Source of the DNA: a virus | Lineage: Duplodnaviria > Heunggongvirae > Uroviricota > Caudoviricetes | Virus record (IMG/VR): IMGVR_UViG_2537562194_000033 | Strand: one strand, 5' to 3' | Length of the DNA: 27,095 nt | Part shown: positions 8,992 to 17,900 of the stretch, in pieces | Layout of the letters: every line of letters starts with the position of its first letter | How positions within the stretch are numbered: position 1 is the first letter of the stretch | Notes under the pieces: model-generated | Database searches by the model: none | The model's input: the letters and a program-made list of their open reading frames with translations, nothing else | What the model was told of the DNA's origin: nothing | Program-made: the position numbers and the translations under genes

Positions 8992-10044
8992 TTAGCTGTC
9001 GGCGAACTTCAGGCCAGTGACCATCGCGCACTTGCCATAGTCTTCAACGACATAAGCGTCATTGATGGACTGGTAGGTGGCGAGGCGGTTGTATTCCGGT
9101 TCGTCTTTCATCAGGCGACGCATTGAACCTTTCTGCCAGTAAATCGACAGGTTGTTGAACGAGGTGATCAGCATCGTTGCATCCGGGAAGAACGGCGCAA
9201 GGAACACGCCCAGCCCGCCAATGGTGCGCGATGACAGGATGAGCTGCCCGGCAAGTAATTCCGCATTGGGATTCTGGCCGCTGATGCTGTTCAGCACGGG
9301 CAGACGCAGCGAGTTAAACAGGTTGCGCCCCATAATCACCACGAGGTCGTCAGCTTCCTTGTGCCATTCATCCAGCAGGGATGAGCGTGCGTCCTGTACC
9401 AGTGCATCAGCGTTCGCATACTTACCCGCGTGCGCCACGGTGTTGTCCATGTTGCGGGAGGTCAGCGTCACGTCATTCATAACGCGCTCGCTGGCGTCGG
9501 TTCTGATGTGCTCCAGCCAGCCCACGTTAACGTCCTGAAGCAGCTTGTTGGTGCTGAAGTTGGACTCATCCGCGTGAGACGTGCCGTTGAAACCGATCAT
9601 GATGCGGTCAAGCGCCACCTGTCGGGCAATCTGTGCGCTGATGCGGGACTGAAAATCAGGATGTGCCGCCCAGGCATCAAGCTGCGGATATGAAATAAAC
9701 GTGTCGTAGTTCACCTGTTCGCACTGGTATTTGCGGTTTTTCAGATCAACCACGTTATTCGGGTTACGGCGTTTTGTGCCGTCATAACTGGTATTCGTGC
9801 GCGCAATCGGTCCTGTGGTATCCAGGAGGATTTTTTCGCCTTTCTGGTCGGTCACGCCGATCACGTTAATTCTTTTTGTAAATTCGGTGCTTTCCTTTGA
9901 GGCGTTTTCAAAACGCTGCTGCACCGAGGGTTCTACGGTAAATCGCGATACCAGCGCAGAAACCGGGATATTATTAAGCGACGCCTGCTGCGCCATATAG
10001 CAACCCAGCTTGTTGCGGGTAATATCTGACATCACCAGATTCAT
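8992..10044 (-). CDS. N: major capsid protein gpN
   Basis: 350 aa with conserved FTVEPSVQQ and C-terminal YVVEDYG blocks, as in the P2 N family as recalled. Confidence 0.9.
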   Translation of the reverse strand: MNLVMSDITRNKLGCYMAQQASLNNIPVSALVSRFTVEPSVQQRFENASKESTEFTKRINVIGVTDQKGEKILLDTTGPIARTNTSYDGTKRRNPNNVVDLKNRKYQCEQVNYDTFISYPQLDAWAAHPDFQSRISAQIARQVALDRIMIGFNGTSHADESNFSTNKLLQDVNVGWLEHIRTDASERVMNDVTLTSRNMDNTVAHAGKYANADALVQDARSSLLDEWHKEADDLVVIMGRNLFNSLRLPVLNSISGQNPNAELLAGQLILSSRTIGGLGVFLAPFFPDATMLITSFNNLSIYWQKGSMRRLMKDEPEYNRLATYQSINDAYVVEDYGKCAMVTGLKFADS

Positions 10045-10067
10045 AAAAAATTTGCTCCTTTGTCTTA

Positions 10068-10904
10068 TCAGAAGTCAGCCAGCTGGTCGGAGGCTGCGCC
10101 CGTTGCGGTGAACCGGTTCTGCGGATCGCCGTCCTGCGTGCGCAGTTTTTCCTTCAGTGCTGTCAGCTCTGTGGTCAGTGACGTAATTTTCTGGCGGTCC
10201 TGCTGATGGCGGGTTTCCAGCACATTAAAACGGTCGATAATGTCGGCCTGTGACGTTGCGACGCCTTCCACCGCTTCCTGAATACGGGAAAAACTGGCGT
10301 CATCCGCTTTGCGGCCACGGCCAATAATCCCCATTACGCGGTTAAACCACTGGGTGCCTTCTTCCTGGCGTTGTTCTGCCATTTCGATGATTTCAGACTC
10401 GATGGCTTCGGAGATAAGCGGCGCTTCACCCTGGACACTGTTGAACGTCATTACCGCCTGACGTTGCTGTGCCGTGAATTTCAGGCGCTCAGTGCCCAGG
10501 CTTGCCGGGGTGTCGGTCATCGCCAGCCCGACCAGATAGGCGCGCCCGTTAACGGAGAACTGCGGGTGCAGTTCGATACTGGAATAGATTTTCTTGCCGT
10601 CCGCGACAAGCTGCTTCATGCGCTCGGTCGGTTCGATTTCTGCATACAGCGCAGTACGTCCGGCCAGCGGACCTTCCGTAATGTCTTCCGTACTCAGTGC
10701 GGTGACATCGCCCATTGCGGAAAATTCGCTTGACGGGCATGGCGAGAGATAGTGCTCAACGTTCACGCGGGCAGCGTAAACATCCGGGTTGAAGTTCTCG
10801 GCGGCTTCACGCAGATGCACCGGACTGATTTCACGGCCATCAACAGTTGATCCGGAGACAGCCACGCGAAACTTTTTGCGGGATGTCTTTTTTTCATTAG
10901 CCAT
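10068..10904 (-). CDS. O: capsid scaffolding protein gpO
   Basis: 278 aa, first gene of the minus-strand late operon, divergent from P. Confidence 0.85.
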   Translation of the reverse strand: MANEKKTSRKKFRVAVSGSTVDGREISPVHLREAAENFNPDVYAARVNVEHYLSPCPSSEFSAMGDVTALSTEDITEGPLAGRTALYAEIEPTERMKQLVADGKKIYSSIELHPQFSVNGRAYLVGLAMTDTPASLGTERLKFTAQQRQAVMTFNSVQGEAPLISEAIESEIIEMAEQRQEEGTQWFNRVMGIIGRGRKADDASFSRIQEAVEGVATSQADIIDRFNVLETRHQQDRQKITSLTTELTALKEKLRTQDGDPQNRFTATGAASDQLADF

Positions 10905-11059
10905 AGTTTTTTGCCCCTCTGACTGGTTCTTCAGTCATGATGGCAAAGCGTAACAGGCTGATACAAAGGGCTTTTGTTGTAAGAAAACGGCCAGAACAGG
11001 GGGTTAAGGAGAACGGTTTCGCGCGCGGGTAATCTTCCTGTAATTACTCAGGGGGAGCA
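10905..11059. promoter_or_regulatory. divergent late promoter region (P-Q operon rightward, O-onward operon leftward)
   Basis: 155-bp gap between divergent O and P. In P2 this region holds the Ogr-activated late promoters. I could not identify an exact TGT-N12-ACA activator site by eye. Confidence 0.4.
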
Positions 11060-12811
11060 ATGATTCAGGACGCTTTTGTGCGCCAGCGTGCGCGGCAACT
11101 TTACTGGCAGGGTTATCCGCCCGCAGAAATATCACGTCTGATGGGAATAAACCCGAACACGATTTATGCGTGGAAAAAACGCGACCAGTGGGATGAAACG
11201 CCACCCGTGCAGCGTGTCACGCAGTCCATCGATGCGCGCCTCATCCAGCTTACTGAAAAACAGAATAAAACAGGCGGTGATTTTAAGGAAATAGACCTGC
11301 TGACCCGGCAGCTTAAAAAGCTGCATGATGGCCATCCGGATGTGATGGCCGCAGGAAAGAAAGGCCGGGCGAAAAAACTCAAAAATCATTTCACGCCGGA
11401 ACAGATTGCCGCACTGCGGGAAAAAATCATCAACAGGCTGGAGTGGCATCAGCGGGGCTGGTTTGACTCCCTGACCCTTTGCAGGGAAGCCGGGATACGT
11501 AACAGGATGATCCTGAAATCCCGACAGATTGGGGCGACCTGGTATTTTGCACAGGAAGCACTGCTGATGGCGCTGCGTGACGATGTGGCGCAACCTTACC
11601 AGCGTAACCAGATTTTTTTGTCTGCGTCGCGTCGTCAGGCGTTCCAGTTTAAAAGCATTATTCAGAAGGCTGCGGCTGAAGTTGATGTGGAGCTGAAAGG
11701 GGGCGATAAAATCATCCTCTCCAATGGCGCAGAGCTGCATTTTCTCGGCACTTCTGCTGCGTCGGCACAGTCCTATACGGGCAATTTTTATTTTGATGAA
11801 TTTTTCTGGGTCAGTCGCTTTGCTGAACTGCGCAAGGTGGCTGGCGCTATGGCAACCCTCAGCGGACTGCGGCGCACCTACTTCTCCACGCCATCCACCG
11901 AAACGCACGAGGCATACGCCTACTGGAACGGCGACCGCTGGAACGAGAAAAAGGCCTTGCATAAACGCCAGCGTTTTTCTGTGGACTGGAAAACGCTGCA
12001 TAACGGGCTTATCTGCCCTGACCGGACGTGGCGGCAAATTGTCACGCTGGAAGATGTGGTTAATCACGGCTGGAAACACACCGATATCGACGAAATTCGT
12101 GATGAAAACACCGAAGACGAGTTCCTCAATCTCTATATGTGTGAGTTTGTCCGCGAAGGGGAATCGGCATTTAACCTGAATATCCTGATTGGCTGCGGTG
12201 TTGACGGATACGACGACTGGAAAGACTGGAAACCTTTTGCTCCCCGCCCGATGGGGAATCGTCCGGTATGGATTGGGTATGACGCAAACGGCAGCAGTGG
12301 CAACGGCGACAGCGGCGCTGTGTCTGTGGTGGTTCCTCCGGCTGTTCCTGGTGGCCGTTTTCGAACGGTGGAGACGCGACGCGTTCAGGGGCTGGAGTTT
12401 GAAGAACAGGCCAGAGTCATTGAAGAGTTCACGTGTCGCTACAACGTGGAACACATCGGCATTGATGTGACGGGCGGGAACGGGGAGGCTGTTTATCAGA
12501 TAGTGAAACGGTTTTTCCCTGCTGCTATTCCGTACACCTTCACGCTGTCATCAAAACGGTCGCTGGTACTGAAAATGCTGCAAATAATGCGTGCCGGGCG
12601 GTGGGAATACGATCGCGCCGAACGCGAGCTGGTCGCGGCCTTTAACGCCGTGCGTAAGGTGAAAACACCGGGCGGCTTTATCACTTACGAAACGGACCGC
12701 GCGAGGGGGATCAGCCACGGCGACCTTGCGTGGGCAACCATGCTTGCTGTCATTAACGAACCAATTGGCGGCGAAGGAGAAAACGAGCGTTTCACGGTTA
12801 TGGAGTTCTGA
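11060..12811 (+). CDS. P: terminase large (ATPase) subunit gpP
   Basis: 583 aa, ATG at 11060 after GGGGGAG. Contains a KSRQIGAT Walker-A-like motif. Size and position fit P2 gpP. Confidence 0.9.
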   Translation: MIQDAFVRQRARQLYWQGYPPAEISRLMGINPNTIYAWKKRDQWDETPPVQRVTQSIDARLIQLTEKQNKTGGDFKEIDLLTRQLKKLHDGHPDVMAAGKKGRAKKLKNHFTPEQIAALREKIINRLEWHQRGWFDSLTLCREAGIRNRMILKSRQIGATWYFAQEALLMALRDDVAQPYQRNQIFLSASRRQAFQFKSIIQKAAAEVDVELKGGDKIILSNGAELHFLGTSAASAQSYTGNFYFDEFFWVSRFAELRKVAGAMATLSGLRRTYFSTPSTETHEAYAYWNGDRWNEKKALHKRQRFSVDWKTLHNGLICPDRTWRQIVTLEDVVNHGWKHTDIDEIRDENTEDEFLNLYMCEFVREGESAFNLNILIGCGVDGYDDWKDWKPFAPRPMGNRPVWIGYDANGSSGNGDSGAVSVVVPPAVPGGRFRTVETRRVQGLEFEEQARVIEEFTCRYNVEHIGIDVTGGNGEAVYQIVKRFFPAAIPYTFTLSSKRSLVLKMLQIMRAGRWEYDRAERELVAAFNAVRKVKTPGGFITYETDRARGISHGDLAWATMLAVINEPIGGEGENERFTVMEF

Positions 12812-13857
12812 TGAGCAGAAAAAATAAAAAAGTGCGCATGAGTTCACGCATTGATCTCGCTGATGCGCTCAGGAAAGAATCGTCGCTCAGTGCATTCACT
12901 TTTGATGGTCCTTATCGCCTGACCGGGCATGATTTGCTGGACAATATGTACTGTGCTGATAACGGGCGGTGGTATGAAACCCCGGTGGACTGGTACGGTC
13001 TGGCAAGAGCCGCCCGGCAAACGTCCTGGCATCAGTCTGCGCTTTACTTTAAGCGCAATGTATTGCTCGGCTGCTATATTCCGCACCCGCTGCTTTCCCG
13101 GCAGGATTTCTCGGCGCTGGCGCTGGACTGGTTTGTGTTCGGTAACGCATTCCTTGAGCTTCGAAGCAATATGCTCGGCGAACCGCTTAAATTACGGCAC
13201 GCCCTGGCGAAATACATGCGACGCGGAAGCGATCTTGAATCATGGTGGTATGTGCAGGATGGCAAGGATGCGTTTCAGTTTCGCCCTGGCAAAGTGTGCC
13301 ACCTGATGAATCCGGATATTAACCAGGAAATCTACGGCATGCCGGAATATCTTGGCGCATTACTCTCGGCCAGCCTTTCTCATTCGGCGGACATGTTCAG
13401 AAAACTGTATTACGACAACGGATCCCACGCCGGGTGCATCATCTACATCGGTGCAGCGCAGGTAAACCGCGAAAGCATGGACTCCCTGAAAGAAACGTTA
13501 CAGGGTGCGCGTGGTGGTGGTGCATTTAAAAACGTGCTCATTCATGCGCCCAACGGGGGCAAAGAAGGTGTGCAAATTTTGCCGTTCCAGCAGATCACCG
13601 CAAAGGATGAGTTCATGAATGTTAAGGCGGCATCCCGTGATGATGTACTGGCTGCGCACCGCGTTCCGCCGCAACTGATGGGGGCGATGCCGGGTGAAAA
13701 AAGTGCGTTTGGTGATGTGGAGAAGGCCGCGCGGGTTTACGCAATTAACGAGCTGATGCCCGTCATGGAGGCCATGAAGCACATCAATGACTGGCTTGGC
13801 GAAGAGGTGATCCGCTTTAACCCTTACGCACTGTTAGATACCCAGCCCACATCCTGA
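12811..13857 (+). CDS. Q: portal protein gpQ
   Basis: 348 aa, ATG overlapping the P stop (TGATG). Last gene before the cos region, as in P2. Confidence 0.9.
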   Translation: MSRKNKKVRMSSRIDLADALRKESSLSAFTFDGPYRLTGHDLLDNMYCADNGRWYETPVDWYGLARAARQTSWHQSALYFKRNVLLGCYIPHPLLSRQDFSALALDWFVFGNAFLELRSNMLGEPLKLRHALAKYMRRGSDLESWWYVQDGKDAFQFRPGKVCHLMNPDINQEIYGMPEYLGALLSASLSHSADMFRKLYYDNGSHAGCIIYIGAAQVNRESMDSLKETLQGARGGGAFKNVLIHAPNGGKEGVQILPFQQITAKDEFMNVKAASRDDVLAAHRVPPQLMGAMPGEKSAFGDVEKAARVYAINELMPVMEAMKHINDWLGEEVIRFNPYALLDTQPTS

Positions 13858-14311
13858 CGCGCTTCGCTTGTCTGCTGCTTCGCCGGGGCATAAAAAATTT
13901 ATGCCCCGACTCTCCAGCTCCTGTATCAGTCAGATAATTTCACGACGCTTTCCTGCTTATTGCCATCATCGACGGTCAGACTCTTACGCAATCCCACTGC
14001 GCTGACTGCATGTTCTCGCCGCCTCAGTGCGATTTTGACGGCCTTATCTTCCACCCCATCAAATCAAAAGCCCTCACGTATTTTTCACGCTCAGCGTGAG
14101 AAATACGGCCATTCTGTCGTGTCGCTGCGACATCGTTAAGGGAACGCTATTTACCCCCTGAAACGCGGGCTGTTCCCCCGTCACCTGCGCACAGGAAAAA
14201 CGCGTTTTTTGTGCACGCACGGATCCTTGACGGATCCAGCCGCCATGCGGGCCGGAAGGGCAAAAAGTCGTTCAAAAAAATTGTGCAAATTTGTGCACTT
14301 TTGTGCAAAGA
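13858..14311. other. cos / packaging region (position inferred from gene order only)
   Basis: Non-coding stretch between the portal gene and the cargo operon. In P2 the cohesive ends lie just beyond Q. Contains a perfect palindrome GGGGCATAAA-AAA-TTTATGCCCC at 13884-13906 and a GGATCC-N5-GGATCC motif near 14222-14238. The exact cos cut site was not identified. Confidence 0.3.
14209..14307. repeat. TTGTGCA(A/C) direct repeats, three at exact 10-bp spacing plus one upstream
   Basis: TTGTGCA at 14209, 14281, 14291 and 14301, each preceded by a T or A tract. Confidence 0.6.
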
Positions 14312-14336
14312 AATGCCCCTCAAATTGAGGGGCATT
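14312..14336 (-). terminator. putative intrinsic terminator of the cargo operon
   Basis: AATGCCCCTCAA-A-TTGAGGGGCATT inverted repeat starting 14 nt after the protease stop, followed on the minus strand by TCTTTG. Confidence 0.5.
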
Positions 14337-14349
14337 ATGTCTTGAAGGA

Positions 14350-16575
14350 TTACGAACGAATAGGAATTGATGTTTGCGGTTGAATTGGCACGAGCACCTG
14401 ATTATAAGTACGTAAAATTTCGTTATACAGGTCTTGGTGCTTTGATGCCTTAATGGTAATTATAAGAGCATACTTGATTTTTTCTGCCTTATGGCTGGCT
14501 ATGCTTGCACCGGCCTCACGAGCGTTATAATGAATGTCAAATACAGGATTTTTTAGAGTTGAACCTAGCATGTTCTTCGAATTATGTAAGACGGTCTCCC
14601 ATTTGCCCATGTCAGAACGTCGCTCACTTTCAGTTGAATATTTGGCCAGTTCAAAGAATCCCTTGGTTTCAGCATTTTGTTTTCCGTCTTTGATTTTTGA
14701 ATCATTTGGCCGGAATGTCACTTCCAAACCAGCTTTTGTATAGGAAGCTGGGTCTTGTGGATCAGTGGTTGTTGCATAACAGAAAGTTGCCGCTAAGTTT
14801 ATTCTACCTTTCAAGCCACCTTCAGGTATTGGAAGAGAAGCGCGTAAGTATTTTCCTGGTTTCAATTCACCTTGGTAGACGATACGGGCAACACCATCAG
14901 GGCTGACTATAATGTCGTTCAAGTCTTCAGGCAGTTTTCCCCAGCCAACTTCTGTACAAGGATGATCAAGCTGTTTTGACGCATGAATTAACAAAGCTTT
15001 GATTGCTAGTAGGCTCAAATCGTTCCCTAAAATTGCCCGAACACCAACAGCTGCTCGTAAGGCGTAAGGAGAGGCAAAGCTTGTTCCTAGCTGGGGTATG
15101 ATTACAGGCTTCTTACCTTTACCTAAAACATGAAAGTACTCGTCTGTGTCACCACCAAACGCAACTAAATCCGGTTTCATCACGCCAGGACTTCTGCCTG
15201 GCCCAATGGCGCTATATGGTGCTCGTTTCCATTCCGTATCATTAACTGTATCACAAGCACCAACAGCAAGAGCATTAACGCAATCGGCTGGTACTTGAAT
15301 TCTTGCATTACCAGACTTGCGATCCATTTCTCCATTGTTGCCAACAGCAACAGTCATTAATGTTTCACCATCACTTAACAAATCATCAATAACGGAAGTC
15401 CATGCATGAACTTCCGTATCTTCAATTGGTAGGTCTGGACCTAAACTTAGATTGATAAACTGATACTGGCGAGACAACAATACCTCTTCAATAAAGCCCA
15501 AAGTTCGATATAGTTCCAGCGGATCTTCTTGGCAGGTCTTGTTGTCCAAAACTCTTAAGTTATCAATATAAGAGTATGGTCTTTTCGCTTCCGATTTATT
15601 ACTTATTGGTCCAAATAAAAAGGCTGAAGACACAGCTAAACCATGCTCTAAACCGTCTGGATCATCCTCTGCATGATCGTCCAAAACTCTATAGGATTTT
15701 AACCATGGCGATATAGCGTGCTCTGATGGTAAACCACCATCAAGAATCGCAACTTTTATTTCTGAAGATACGGGGCCCTCAGCAGGTAATTTACACTGAG
15801 CTAAAGGACCGTAGTTCCTTTGTATTGGTCTAATCCCACGCAATCTTGGAACCGGTCTTATTACTCGTACAAATGTAAATTTCGCAAGCTTACTAATAGT
15901 AATTCTATCGGCCTGGATTGGCACGAACCATAATGTACCAGCGGTAAAAGCTAATGAAGTATGTACTTTGATGTTCAAATTTGATGCAAACTGAACAAAT
16001 TGTTGCTGAACCAAGTCTTGTTCATTATCTGACAGTAAATGAACACCAACCTCAAAATACGAAGAATCCTGCTCACCAATGGTAATAATACGCTCTTCGG
16101 GTAAATAGGCATCGAACCGTTCTATGCGTGCAAAATCAATCGCTTCGTCAGAAAACTCTTTGAGTCCTGACACCCAATGAGGTAACTCTTTGAAGGATTC
16201 TCTTTTACCAGCAACAAACATTTGTGTCGTAGTTACTTCTGACACAGTAACTTTTCGCTTCCAGCTTTGAGGCGTAATTTTTACCGTCCTGCTGCCAATA
16301 GACGTTAACCCGGTAGACTTAAGCATTTTTGCAGGAAAAAAAGAGCGTGCAATATAGCTTGGATTCAACGTCAACTTAGCCACAGCATAATCATAAGGAC
16401 ATGCCTGACTGGGTAAATCATCAAAATTTTCTATAGTAGATGCAATTTGCGGCAATAAACGTTGTTTCGATTCGTAAAGAGAATAAACCTCAGCTTTTCC
16501 GGGCACTCTTTTAGGACCAGGAATATCGCTGGTTAATAATTCGCCGCGTCCAATCAGAAAATTAGTTTTCGCCAT
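14350..16575 (-). CDS. S8 subtilisin-like serine protease with uncharacterised N- and C-terminal domains (IetS-like?)
   Basis: 741 aa, ATG at 16575 with AGGAG 6 nt upstream. Catalytic motifs in canonical order: D279 (VAILDGG), H311 (LEHGLAV), N413 (VAVGNNGE), S499 (LGTSFASP). Flanked by ~265 aa N-terminal and ~200 aa C-terminal regions with no motif I recognise. AT-rich relative to the phage core. Confidence 0.85.
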   Translation of the reverse strand: MAKTNFLIGRGELLTSDIPGPKRVPGKAEVYSLYESKQRLLPQIASTIENFDDLPSQACPYDYAVAKLTLNPSYIARSFFPAKMLKSTGLTSIGSRTVKITPQSWKRKVTVSEVTTTQMFVAGKRESFKELPHWVSGLKEFSDEAIDFARIERFDAYLPEERIITIGEQDSSYFEVGVHLLSDNEQDLVQQQFVQFASNLNIKVHTSLAFTAGTLWFVPIQADRITISKLAKFTFVRVIRPVPRLRGIRPIQRNYGPLAQCKLPAEGPVSSEIKVAILDGGLPSEHAISPWLKSYRVLDDHAEDDPDGLEHGLAVSSAFLFGPISNKSEAKRPYSYIDNLRVLDNKTCQEDPLELYRTLGFIEEVLLSRQYQFINLSLGPDLPIEDTEVHAWTSVIDDLLSDGETLMTVAVGNNGEMDRKSGNARIQVPADCVNALAVGACDTVNDTEWKRAPYSAIGPGRSPGVMKPDLVAFGGDTDEYFHVLGKGKKPVIIPQLGTSFASPYALRAAVGVRAILGNDLSLLAIKALLIHASKQLDHPCTEVGWGKLPEDLNDIIVSPDGVARIVYQGELKPGKYLRASLPIPEGGLKGRINLAATFCYATTTDPQDPASYTKAGLEVTFRPNDSKIKDGKQNAETKGFFELAKYSTESERRSDMGKWETVLHNSKNMLGSTLKNPVFDIHYNAREAGASIASHKAEKIKYALIITIKASKHQDLYNEILRTYNQVLVPIQPQTSIPIRS

Positions 16576-16598
16576 ACATACTCCTTATCTATGCTGTA

Positions 16599-17720
16599 TT
16601 ACATTTTTTGACTGTATTTTCTAATTGTATCCCTACTGACTCCGGTTAAGTCTGATATGGCATGCTGGGATAATTTAGAATTTCTTTTTAGAGTAACTGC
16701 AATTTCTTTACGTTCATTCCTGTCTAATTCTGATAAACCATCTTTAATGAACGACCCAATCAACTCTTCATCTGAGGAAATACCTAAAGCGACCGAACGT
16801 CGGAATTTGTTGATAGAACGCTCAATATTACTAAAAGATTCATTTTTGAACATAATAGCCAGTAGATCTATCCAACGTGCAAAAATCGCGTAGTCGGGAC
16901 CCGAAAAGCGTTTAATTGCTTCTTTAATACTTTCGCTATCTGGCTTCTCAAAATTGAGCACTAAATCAAAACGTCTCCATAGTGCTGGATCAATCAACTC
17001 AGCGAAGTTAGTTGCAGCAAGTAGCAAACTAGAAGACGGCCATTCGTCAACCTCCTGGAGTATCACGGTAACAAGTCTTTTTAATTCTCCAACATCAGAA
17101 TCATCACTTCTCTTTTTGGCGATTGAATCAATTTCATCTAACAGAAGAACGCACGGCCCTTTCTTCGCAAAATCTAGAGCTGCCCGAAGGTTATTTCCGC
17201 TTTTGCCCAGATAGCTGCTCATTACTGCCGTTAAATCAAGAACGTAAAAAGGAACCCCTAATTTCTGAGCTAACCAGCTTGCCGTAAGTGTTTTACCGAC
17301 ACCCGGAGGGCCAACAAAAATGGCAGAGCGTGTTGGTTGTAAGCCGAGAGTCTTGAGGCGATCGATGTGCTTCCGCTCAAGAATAATTTGATCCAGTGAG
17401 TCTTCTATCTGACTGGACAGTAGAGGTTTGCTCACAATCTTTTCATTTGGTGCTTTAAGCAAGGTAAGCCTTGACTCCTCGTCCACAGGCATGGTTTGAG
17501 GCAGCGCTTGTTTTGGTGCGGTAACCTTACGCAGGCTTTGTGCAGGCTTTTGCGGTTTATTTCGTAGATAAAGATCAAGCTGCTCGGATAGAGCAGGCAT
17601 AGTTTCCCGATATTTACGCACCAAGCGAGCGACATATAACCGAACGTCATCATACTGTTCAGTTATTACCAGTCTAACTAGTTGGGCTAAATCTGACTGA
17701 ATACCACCTAAGTCGCCCAT
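16599..17720 (-). CDS. AAA+ ATPase with C-terminal HTH-like tail (IetA-like?)
   Basis: 373 aa, ATG at 17720 with AAGAGG upstream. Walker A GPPGVGKT (K143), Walker B VLLLDEID, sensor-1 AATN, RR at 249-250. The last ~25 aa (SKLSQHAISDLTGVSRDTIRKY) look like a helix-turn-helix. Stop is 23 nt before the protease start, so the two are an operon. Confidence 0.85.
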   Translation of the reverse strand: MGDLGGIQSDLAQLVRLVITEQYDDVRLYVARLVRKYRETMPALSEQLDLYLRNKPQKPAQSLRKVTAPKQALPQTMPVDEESRLTLLKAPNEKIVSKPLLSSQIEDSLDQIILERKHIDRLKTLGLQPTRSAIFVGPPGVGKTLTASWLAQKLGVPFYVLDLTAVMSSYLGKSGNNLRAALDFAKKGPCVLLLDEIDSIAKKRSDDSDVGELKRLVTVILQEVDEWPSSSLLLAATNFAELIDPALWRRFDLVLNFEKPDSESIKEAIKRFSGPDYAIFARWIDLLAIMFKNESFSNIERSINKFRRSVALGISSDEELIGSFIKDGLSELDRNERKEIAVTLKRNSKLSQHAISDLTGVSRDTIRKYSQKM

Positions 17721-17900
17721 CTTAACTGTAACCTCTTGATTTTAAGTGAATTGAAAAAGCATTTAACTGGACTATTTATAGTATTGCACTTTTTTATCAA
17801 ACAGGGAAGAGGAATACTATATGAAATTACAGTGTGCCCCATGGAACGTCCTTACCATGTCTAAACTCTACCTTCATACAATTGATGATTTCTTTCTTGG
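17721..17900 (-). promoter_or_regulatory. AT-rich intergenic region, probable promoter of the cargo operon
   Basis: 180-bp AT-rich spacer between the A stop and the ATPase start. It contains TTGATA and TATAAA hexamers on the minus strand, but their spacing is not canonical, so the promoter is not pinned down. Confidence 0.3.

Noticed and set aside
11132-12454. 440-aa minus-strand ORF
   Set aside because: Entirely antisense to terminase gene P, whose reading frame carries the recognisable motifs. Shadow ORF.
13884-13906. Palindrome after the portal gene as an intrinsic terminator
   Set aside because: Perfect 10-bp stem but AT-rich at its inner end and not followed by a T-run on either strand. 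Kept only as part of the cos-region description.
14209-14307. TTGTGCA repeats as a CRISPR array
   Set aside because: The repeats are 7-8 bp at 10-bp spacing with no spacer-sized unique intervals and no cas genes. No CRISPR array was found in the window.
16599-17720. AAA+ ATPase as a homologue of P2 Old
   Set aside because: Old occupies this slot in P2, but it is an ABC-type ATPase fused to a TOPRIM nuclease and is much larger. This protein is a classical AAA+ with no nuclease motifs, paired with a separate protease.
14350-17720. Cargo pair as a toxin-antitoxin or restriction-modification module
   Set aside because: No methyltransferase or nuclease motifs and no small antitoxin-sized partner. 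Both proteins are large enzymes, an ATPase and a protease.
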